A stretch of DNA of 64,000 nucleotides from an uncultured Gemmatimonadales bacterium (lineage in GTDB: Bacteria > Gemmatimonadota > Gemmatimonadetes > Longimicrobiales > RSA9): assembly GCA_963783305.1 (NCBI GenBank), contig CAWAMW010000015.1:160001-224000 (forward strand), read 5' to 3'. Positions 57,011-64,000 of the stretch are shown piece after piece. Under the pieces are notes generated by a model. It had not been told where the DNA came from, made no database searches, and saw nothing but the letters and a program-made list of their open reading frames with translations. How positions within the stretch are numbered: position 1 is the stretch's first letter; each line of letters begins with the position of its first letter. Made by a program: the position numbers and the translations under genes.

Positions 57011-57826
57011 TCAGAGCCTCGCCAGGATCCCTCGCACGAGCCGCTGGAACCGGTCGGCCGCCTCCACACCCGCCGCGATCACCTCGTCGTGGTCCAGGGG
57101 AGCGCCCGAGATCCCCGCGGCGGCGTTGGTGATGAGCGCGATTCCCAGGACCCGGAGCCCTCCGGCGCGGGCGGCGATCACCTCCGGCACCGTGCTCATG
57201 CCCACCGCGTCGGCGCCCAGTCGCTCGAGCATCCGGATCTCCGCCGGCGTCTCGTAGCTCGGGCCCAGGACGGCGGCGTAGACGCCTTCCTCCACCGCAA
57301 TCCCCTGCTCCGTAGCGACGTCCCGCGCCAGGCGGCGCAGCTCGCGGTCGTACGGTTCGGTCATGTCGGGGAACCGCGTCTCGCCCTCATGCACGGCGCC
57401 GACGAGCGGGTTCCGCGCCATGAAGTTGAGGTGATCCGAGAGGAGCATCAGCGTGCCCGGTCCGAACCCCCGGTTGACGCCTCCTGCGGCGCAGGTCACC
57501 ACGAGGGTCTCTGCCCCGAGTGCGCGGGCGGTGCGCACGGGCGTGGCGAGGACGCGGGCGTCGTGTCCTTCATAGGCGTGGTAGCGGCCCTGGAACGCCA
57601 GGACCTCCGTCCCATCGAGTCGCCCCGCCACCAATCGGCCCTTGTGACCGGCCACCGTGGAGGGCGCGAAGCCCGGGATCTCGGAGTACGGCACGACCGT
57701 CGGCGCTTCCACCGCATCGGCCAGCTCGCCGAGCCCGCTGCCCAGGATCAAGGTCACCGTCGGTCGTCGCTCCAGCCGCTCCCGGAGGTACTCGACCGCA
57801 TTCCCTACCGCATCACCACTGTCCAT
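57011..57826 (-). CDS. Purine-nucleoside phosphorylase (trimeric XapA/PunA type)
   Basis: ILGSGLG, GRYHAYEG, GPSYETPAE, VGMSTVPE. Confidence 0.94.
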   Translation of the reverse strand: MDSGDAVGNAVEYLRERLERRPTVTLILGSGLGELADAVEAPTVVPYSEIPGFAPSTVAGHKGRLVAGRLDGTEVLAFQGRYHAYEGHDARVLATPVRTARALGAETLVVTCAAGGVNRGFGPGTLMLLSDHLNFMARNPLVGAVHEGETRFPDMTEPYDRELRRLARDVATEQGIAVEEGVYAAVLGPSYETPAEIRMLERLGADAVGMSTVPEVIAARAGGLRVLGIALITNAAAGISGAPLDHDEVIAAGVEAADRFQRLVRGILARL

Positions 57827-57889
57827 TCCCACACCCCACGTCAAAGCCGATACTCGATGGCTGGATGCTCTATCAACAATGTTGGATGG

Positions 57890-59515
57890 TCAGACCAGGA
57901 TCCCGGCGATGGTCGCCGTGAGGAACGCCGCCAGGGTGCCCCCGATCATGGCCCGGAGCCCGATACGCGAGAGGTCGCTGCGACGCGAGGGCGCGATCCC
58001 GCCGATACCGCCGATCTGGATGGCGATGGAGCTGAAGTTGGCGAATCCGGCCAGGGCGTAGGTGGCAATGACGATGGAGCGGGGCTGAAGCCCGCCATCG
58101 GCAGCGAGGAGCTCCGAGAGGCGGAGATAGGCGACGAACTCGTTGGCGACCGTCTTGATCCCGAGGAGTGAGCCCACGGCCACGGAATCCTGCCAGGGCA
58201 CGCCCATGAGCCACGCGAGCGGCGCGAGGACCCAGCCGAGGATGACCTCGAGCGTGAGCCCCTGCCCCGGCCCGAGGGCGCCCTGCGCGACGAGGAGGGA
58301 TTCGAGCCCGATCCACCCGGCTACCGCGCCGAGGAGCGCGTTGAACATCGCGATCAGGGCGATGAACGCCAGGAGCATGGCCCCCACGTTGAACGCCAGC
58401 GTCATCCCCTCGCCCGCGCCCCGGGCCGCCGCATCGATCAGGTTCACATCCGGGGACTCCACCTCGACCTTGAGGGAGGTGGCGGTCACCGGCACCTCGG
58501 TCTCCGGGTACATGATCTTCGCGACCACCAGAGCGGCGGGCGCCGACATGACCGACGCCGCGATCAGGTGGCCGGCGATATCCGGGAAGTAGGCGACCAG
58601 CATGCCGACGTAGGCGGCCATCACGCCGCCCGCCACAGTGGCGAAGCCGCCGGTCATCACCGCCATGAGCTCCGACATGGTCATGCGCTCGATGAACGGC
58701 TTGATGAGGAGCGGCGCCTCCGTCTGTCCCACGAAGATGTTCCCGGCGGCCGACAACGTCTCGGCACCCGACGTCCGCATCGTGCGCATCATCACCCAGG
58801 CCATGCCCTTCACCGCCGCCTGCATGATGCCCAGGTAGTAGAGGACCGTCATCAGCGACGAAAAGAAGATGATGGTGGGCAGTACGCTGAAGGCGAAGTT
58901 CGCCCCCGTCTGCGCCATGTACTCCACGGCGCCGGTGGCGGGGTCGGTCACCGGCACGGTGCGGTTCACCAGATTGCCAAACAGGAAGCTTGCGCCGTCG
59001 TTGGTGAAGGAGAGGAGGGCGAGGACGAGGTCGTTCAGACCGGCGAACAGCGACTCGCCGACCGGCGTCTTCAGGATGAAGAGGGCGAAGATCAGCTGGA
59101 GTCCGAGCCCCCATATCACCACGCGCCACGGGACACGAGAGCGGTCTACGCTGAGTGCCCAGGCCAGGCCGAGCATGGTGAGCAGCCCGAGTACGGAAAG
59201 GAGCCGCTGGTACAGCGGAATGTCCACATCCGCGCGGGTCTCGGCGAGGGTCGTGGGCGCCTGATCGAGAAGCCCTTCCACGGTATCCGACGGCGGGCCT
59301 CCCACCCCCGTGGCGCGGGCGGAGTCGGCGACTTCCTGGATCACTCCCTGCCCGTCGTCGACCCCTCTGGCCTCGGAAGGCGCTTCCGGGCCGGCCGTGG
59401 TGCTTTGGGGGCCCGCAGCCGCGAGCGCCCGCGAGGCGACACCCGCCCCGAACAGCAGTGCCGCCACAGCCCACAGGACCAGCAGTCCACGCGATGCCCT
59501 GACGCTTCGTCCCAT
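57890..59515 (-). CDS. NupC/CNT nucleoside transporter with N-terminal extension (start approximate)
   Basis: [42 protein letters not shown]. Confidence 0.93.
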   Translation of the reverse strand: MGRSVRASRGLLVLWAVAALLFGAGVASRALAAAGPQSTTAGPEAPSEARGVDDGQGVIQEVADSARATGVGGPPSDTVEGLLDQAPTTLAETRADVDIPLYQRLLSVLGLLTMLGLAWALSVDRSRVPWRVVIWGLGLQLIFALFILKTPVGESLFAGLNDLVLALLSFTNDGASFLFGNLVNRTVPVTDPATGAVEYMAQTGANFAFSVLPTIIFFSSLMTVLYYLGIMQAAVKGMAWVMMRTMRTSGAETLSAAGNIFVGQTEAPLLIKPFIERMTMSELMAVMTGGFATVAGGVMAAYVGMLVAYFPDIAGHLIAASVMSAPAALVVAKIMYPETEVPVTATSLKVEVESPDVNLIDAAARGAGEGMTLAFNVGAMLLAFIALIAMFNALLGAVAGWIGLESLLVAQGALGPGQGLTLEVILGWVLAPLAWLMGVPWQDSVAVGSLLGIKTVANEFVAYLRLSELLAADGGLQPRSIVIATYALAGFANFSSIAIQIGGIGGIAPSRRSDLSRIGLRAMIGGTLAAFLTATIAGILV

Positions 59516-59673
59516 CCTTCTCCCGGTCACGCGTTGCGCAATTCCGACTCCTTCCCCGTGTCGGCGGGACAATACCGGGCCGCCCGGGCACCGTCAAACC
59601 CGCCTCCGCCTGCCACGCTGGCACGGGAGTGGGGGATTCCGCGCCGGAATGGCGGGAAAACGGCTCCTTTGAA

Positions 59674-59689
59674 TGGCATATCGGTTGCA
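59674..59689 (+). promoter_or_regulatory. Sigma-54 promoter upstream of dnaK
   Basis: TGGCAT-ATCGG-TTGCA, near-consensus, ~80 nt upstream of the ATG. Confidence 0.7.
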
Positions 59690-59767
59690 CCCTGCTTGTG
59701 GTCAGTTCCCGGGGCGCGCGGTTGGGTGCCTCGAAGCAACGCGATGAAAACGCAAACGGGAGACGAA

Positions 59768-61705
59768 ATGGCGAACAAGGTGATCGGGATCGACCTCGGC
59801 ACCACGAACTCGGTGGTGGCGGTCATGGAGGGTGGCGACCCGGTCGTCATTCCCAATGCGGAGGGTGGACGTACCACGCCTTCGGTAGTGGCGTTCACGA
59901 AGGACAGCGAGCGACTGGTGGGTCAGGTGGCGCGACGGCAGGCCATCACCAATCCGAAGAACACGATCGCATCGATCAAGCGGTTCATGGGGCGGCGCTG
60001 CTCGGAGGTGAGCGACGAGCGGACGAAGGTGCCGTACGAGATCCGGTGCGACAACCAGGATCGTGTCGAGGTCCATGTGCCGAACGCGGACAAGACGTTC
60101 AGCCCGCCGGAGATCAGCGCCATGACGCTTCAGAAGATGAAGCAGACGGCGGAGGACTACCTGGGCCACGAGGTGACGCGGGCCGTGATCACGGTGCCGG
60201 CGTACTTCGACGATTCGCAGCGGCAGGCCACGAAGGATGCGGGGAAGATCGCGGGGCTGGAGGTGCTCCGGATCATCAACGAGCCCACGGCGGCGGCGCT
60301 GGCGTACGGTCTGGACAAGAAGGGTGACGAGATCATCGCGGTCTACGACCTGGGCGGCGGCACGTACGACATCTCGATCCTGGAGCTGGGCGAGGGTGTC
60401 TTCGAGGTGAAGGCGACGAACGGCGATACGCACCTGGGCGGTGACGACTTCGACCAGCGGGTGATCGACTGGCTGGTGCAGGAGTTCAAGAAGGACCAGG
60501 GGATCGACCTGTCGAAGGACGCCATGGCGCTGCAGCGTTTGAAGGAGGCGGCGGAGAAGGCGAAGATGGAGTTGTCGACTACGTCTTCAACGGATATCAA
60601 CCTGCCCTTCATCACGGCCACGCAGGAGGGTCCGAAGCACCTGAACCTTTCGCTCACCAGGGCGAAGTTCGAGCAGTTGGTGGAGGACCTGATCCAGCGT
60701 ACGAAGGAGCCGATGAAGAAGGCGCTGGAGGATGCCGGGCTGAAGGCGAGCGACGTGGACGAGGTGATCCTCGTGGGTGGCTCTACGCGGATTCCCAAGG
60801 TCCAGGAGACGGTGAAGGAGTTCTTCGGCAAGGATCCCCACAAGGGCGTGAACCCGGACGAGGTGGTGGCGGTCGGTGCCGCGATCCAGGGCGGAGTGCT
60901 CGCGGGTGACGTGAAGGACGTGCTCCTTCTGGACGTGACTCCGCTGTCGCTGGGGATCGAGACGCTGGGTGGCGTCATGACGCCGCTGATCGAGCGCAAC
61001 ACCACCATTCCAACGAAAAAGACGGAGACGTTCTCGACGGCGGAGGACAACCAGACCACCGTGGAGATCCACGTGCTCCAGGGCGAACGTCCGATGGCGG
61101 GAGACAACAAGACCATCGGCCGGTTCCAGCTCACGGGCATCCCGCCGGCGCCGCGGGGAATGCCGCAGGTCGAAGTCACGTTCGACATCGACGCGAACGG
61201 GATCCTGCACGTGGCGGCGAAGGACAAGGCCACGGGTAAGGAGCAGAAGATCCGTATCGAAGCATCGAGTGGTCTCACCGAGAACGAAATCGACGAGATG
61301 GTGTCGCAGGCGGAGTCGCACGCCGACGAGGACAAGGTGCGCAAGGAGAAGGTCGAGGCGCGCAACCAGCTCGACAGTCTCGTCTACCAGGTGGAGAAGG
61401 ACGTGGACGAATGGGGCGAGAAGGTCCCGGCCGAGACGAAGCAGCGAATCGACACGGCGGTGGAGCGGGCGAAAAAGGCGCTGAAGCAGGACGAGCTGGG
61501 CGAGATGAACGCTGCCCGCGACGAGCTGATGCAGGCGTTCAGCGCCGCAGGTCAGCAGATGTACCAGGACCAGCAGGCCGAGCAGCCGGGTGGTCCGGAA
61601 GCGGCGGAGCCCGGAGCGGGTGCTGGTGACGCGTCGGGCGCGGCCGCTGAAGCGGACGAAGATGTAGTCGAGGCGGACTACGAGATCGTCGACGAGGAGA
61701 AGTAG
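59768..61705 (+). CDS. dnaK: Molecular chaperone DnaK
   Basis: [21 protein letters not shown], acidic tail [10 protein letters not shown]. Confidence 0.99.
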   Translation: MANKVIGIDLGTTNSVVAVMEGGDPVVIPNAEGGRTTPSVVAFTKDSERLVGQVARRQAITNPKNTIASIKRFMGRRCSEVSDERTKVPYEIRCDNQDRVEVHVPNADKTFSPPEISAMTLQKMKQTAEDYLGHEVTRAVITVPAYFDDSQRQATKDAGKIAGLEVLRIINEPTAAALAYGLDKKGDEIIAVYDLGGGTYDISILELGEGVFEVKATNGDTHLGGDDFDQRVIDWLVQEFKKDQGIDLSKDAMALQRLKEAAEKAKMELSTTSSTDINLPFITATQEGPKHLNLSLTRAKFEQLVEDLIQRTKEPMKKALEDAGLKASDVDEVILVGGSTRIPKVQETVKEFFGKDPHKGVNPDEVVAVGAAIQGGVLAGDVKDVLLLDVTPLSLGIETLGGVMTPLIERNTTIPTKKTETFSTAEDNQTTVEIHVLQGERPMAGDNKTIGRFQLTGIPPAPRGMPQVEVTFDIDANGILHVAAKDKATGKEQKIRIEASSGLTENEIDEMVSQAESHADEDKVRKEKVEARNQLDSLVYQVEKDVDEWGEKVPAETKQRIDTAVERAKKALKQDELGEMNAARDELMQAFSAAGQQMYQDQQAEQPGGPEAAEPGAGAGDASGAAAEADEDVVEADYEIVDEEK

Positions 61706-61906
61706 GGCAGCGGCGGCATCCGAGCGGGCGGGCATGCCCGCGCCGGCAGGGATGTTGCCCCGGGTGTGGCGTGGCCACCCCGGGGCGTCCTGCATCTGGC
61801 ACGGCGGTGCGGAGCGGCGGTCGCTCGCGGCGAGAGCGTTGGACGTACGGAGTTGAACTCACGCGCGTGAAGGCGGTAGATTCCGGTACTCACCTCACGA
61901 GAAGCC

Positions 61907-63484
61907 ATGTCCAGACGCAGCACCCGAGTCCTGACCCTGGTCGCCGTAGCGTTGGTCTGCGGGGTGGGGGCATCCACGCAGCTGACGCGAGCCGATGGGC
62001 CGACCGAAGAGCGGGCGGTGTATCAACTCGCGTTGGCCGCACAGGCCGCCCCACTGGCGGCCCGTGAGCCGGCGCGCGCCCAGGAGCCGCTCCCTCCGGG
62101 GCGCGAGGCGCTCGAGTCGGAGCCGCTGGCCGGCGCGCGCGCGCTCAGCGCGGCGTTCGCGGAAGTGGCGGCCCGGGCCACGCCCGCAGTCGTCCATATT
62201 CGGACGGAGGGCTCCATGGAGGGGCTGGGGGGCCTCATGGAGCAGCTCCCGGAGGGGCACCCCGCGCCGGACTTCACATACCTGGCGGACGGGACCGGAT
62301 TCCTGGTGTCGGCGGACGGCCTGATCCTGACGAACAACCACGTCATCTCGGGAGCGACCCGGATCCAGGTGATCCTGTGGGACAAGCGGGTGCTGGAGGG
62401 CACGGTAGTCGGGACGGATCCCACGACCGACCTGGCGCTTGTCAGGGTGAGCCGCGAAGGGCTCCCATTCGCGCGGCTCGGCGATTCGGAGCAGCTGCGG
62501 GTGGGGGAGTGGGTGCTGGCCATCGGGAACCCGGGGTTCCGTGATGACAACACGCTGGATTTCACGGTGACGAGCGGAATCGTGAGCGCCAAGGGGCGGC
62601 CCCTGCGGGTGATCCAGCAGGACCTCGTGAACGATCGCGACCCGGCGGCGCCGTACGCGATCGAAGATTTCATCCAGACGGACGCCGCGATCAACCCGGG
62701 CAACAGCGGCGGCCCGCTGCTGGACCTGAACGGCGAAGTGGTGGGGATCAATACTGCGATCGCGAGCGAGACCGGAGTCAACCAGGGGTACGGTTTCGCG
62801 GTGCCGGTGAACGTGGCCCGGCGCGTCATGCGGGACCTGCTGGAATATGGCCACGTGCGGCGTCCGCTGCTGGGGATCAGCATCTCCGGCATCACGCCGG
62901 AAGACGCGCAGGTGTACGGGCTCCCGCGGATCGCCGGTGTGCTCGTGGAGGATTTCGCCGACGAGTCGCCGGCGGAGCGGGCTGGTCTTCAGCGTCACGA
63001 CGTGATCGTGGCGATCGGTGGAGAAGCGGTGGAGCGACTCGGTCAGTTCCAGCGCCTGATCGCCGCGCGCGATCCGGGGGAGGTCGTGGAAGTCGACGTG
63101 GTACGCTACGGGTCTCCGCTGCGGGTGGCGGTGCGGCTGACGGAGGCGGACCTGGGGACCAGGCGGGTGGTCCGGACGGAGCCCGAGCGGACGACCGACC
63201 GGGGGCTCGGAGTCGAGCTGGCGGACCTCACCTCGGCCCTGGCGCAAGCGCGCCGCTACAGGCGCGCCGGCGGCGCGCTGGTCATGGCGGTGGAGCCCGG
63301 CAGCGCTGCGGCGCGGAAGAGCGTGCCGGCCGGATATCTCCTGAGGGAGATCAACCGCACGCCAGTCCGCTCGGCCCGGGAGGGCGACCGGCTGCTGGGG
63401 GCGCTGTCGTCCGGCTCGGTGGCGTCGCTGCTGCTGGAGGACCCCATGGGGGGCACCCTGATCCGGAATGTGCGGGTTCCGTGA
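61907..63484 (+). CDS. DegP/HtrA-type serine protease with PDZ domains
   Basis: Signal peptide; TNNHV, TDLAL, NPGNSGG; two PDZ-like regions. Confidence 0.93.
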   Translation: MSRRSTRVLTLVAVALVCGVGASTQLTRADGPTEERAVYQLALAAQAAPLAAREPARAQEPLPPGREALESEPLAGARALSAAFAEVAARATPAVVHIRTEGSMEGLGGLMEQLPEGHPAPDFTYLADGTGFLVSADGLILTNNHVISGATRIQVILWDKRVLEGTVVGTDPTTDLALVRVSREGLPFARLGDSEQLRVGEWVLAIGNPGFRDDNTLDFTVTSGIVSAKGRPLRVIQQDLVNDRDPAAPYAIEDFIQTDAAINPGNSGGPLLDLNGEVVGINTAIASETGVNQGYGFAVPVNVARRVMRDLLEYGHVRRPLLGISISGITPEDAQVYGLPRIAGVLVEDFADESPAERAGLQRHDVIVAIGGEAVERLGQFQRLIAARDPGEVVEVDVVRYGSPLRVAVRLTEADLGTRRVVRTEPERTTDRGLGVELADLTSALAQARRYRRAGGALVMAVEPGSAAARKSVPAGYLLREINRTPVRSAREGDRLLGALSSGSVASLLLEDPMGGTLIRNVRVP

Positions 63485-63497
63485 CCACGGGATCTGG

Positions 63498-63526
63498 TTG
63501 ATCGGGGAGTGCCCCCCGGTTACCTT
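63498..63526 (+). promoter_or_regulatory. Putative sigma-70 promoter for tRNA-Leu/tig
   Basis: TTGATC-N17-TACCTT, 15 nt before the tRNA. Confidence 0.55.
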
Positions 63527-63541
63527 TGCCCGTTCGTCCGG

Positions 63542-63624
63542 GCGAAAGTGGCGGAATCGGTAGACGCGCGAGATTTAGGATCTCGTGGGCCTGGCCCGTG
63601 GGGGTTCGAGTCCCCCCTTTCGCA
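63542..63624 (+). tRNA. tRNA-Leu(UAG)
   Basis: GCGAAAG TGGCGGAATCGGTAGACGCG CGAGA TT TAG GA TCTCG, long variable arm, GGTTCGAGTCC, CTTTCGC A; CCA not encoded. Confidence 0.96.
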
Positions 63625-64000
63625 TGACCGTACCTGAATTCTTCGGAACCGACTTGAAAGTAGATATCGAGCAGCCCACGGACTGGGCGCGAAAGCTGAG
63701 CATCACCGTCCCCGCCGAGCGGGTCCAGAAGGAGCGGACCAAGATCGCCGCTCAGTTCGCGAGCCGCGTGCGCATGCCGGGGTTCCGGAAGGGGAAGGTG
63801 CCCGCCTCGGTGGTGGAGAAGCAGTACGGTCCGTCGATCGACAGCCAGATGATCGAGCGGGTGATCAACGCGGCGTACCAGGAGGCGCTGCAGGAGCAGG
63901 GGCTCTCTCCCATCTCGCAGGCGGCGGTGGAGAACGTGGAGTACGAGCCGGGCTCCGACCTGACGTTCGAGGTGGAGTTCGAGGTTCGCCCCGAGGTCGC
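63624..64000 (+). CDS. tig: Trigger factor, 3'-partial (start ATG 63624 or TTG 63654)
   Basis: Hand-translated: LKVDIEQPTDWARKLSITVPAE...MPGFRKGKVP ribosome-binding signature...FEVEFEVRPEV. Confidence 0.93.
   Translation, partial: MTVPEFFGTDLKVDIEQPTDWARKLSITVPAERVQKERTKIAAQFASRVRMPGFRKGKVPASVVEKQYGPSIDSQMIERVINAAYQEALQEQGLSPISQAAVENVEYEPGSDLTFEVEFEVRPEV

Noticed and set aside
59611..59640. CIRCE element upstream of dnaK
   Set aside because: CTGGCACGGGAGTG does not fit TTAGCACTC-N9-GAGTGCTAA in spacing or sequence.
58568..59767. Apparent 1045-aa DnaK with a 400-aa N-terminal extension
   Set aside because: The extension is the antisense frame of nupC; the canonical [15 protein letters not shown] start at 59768 has an RBS and a promoter.
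61797..61812. Sigma-54 promoter upstream of degP (TGGCACGGCGGTGC)
   Set aside because: The GG-to-GC spacing is one base short of the strict requirement.

Overview
A high-GC (~70% by eye) bacterial core-genome window. Gene content and style suggest Gemmatimonadota/Longimicrobiales, which is an inference only. It holds a ~20-heme cytochrome c / TPR lipoprotein / monoheme cytochrome c operon beside tRNA-Lys, and the ffh-rpsP-rimM-trmD-rplS-rnhB cluster. It also has purA, pilT, dapA-dapB-dapH, PBP1A, ytxH-otsA-pdp, a REC-GGDEF gene and ligA-V4R-ruvX-mltG-thiE. A 23S-5S rRNA unit has its own promoter and no adjacent 16S. The rest comprises a complete F1Fo ATP synthase operon, REC-HD-GYP, pilD, thiD, a NupC-PNP-SBP-XapX nucleoside cluster, dnaK, degP, tRNA-Leu and the start of tig. 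No integrase, transposase, CRISPR array or defence system is visible. The most notable observations are the 20-heme membrane-anchored cytochrome operon, the unlinked rRNA unit, a recurring set of sigma-54-type promoters (including one before dnaK), a KxNG motif I in LigA, and a tig ATG overlapping the tRNA-Leu discriminator base. All calls come from reading the sequence; no database searches were run.
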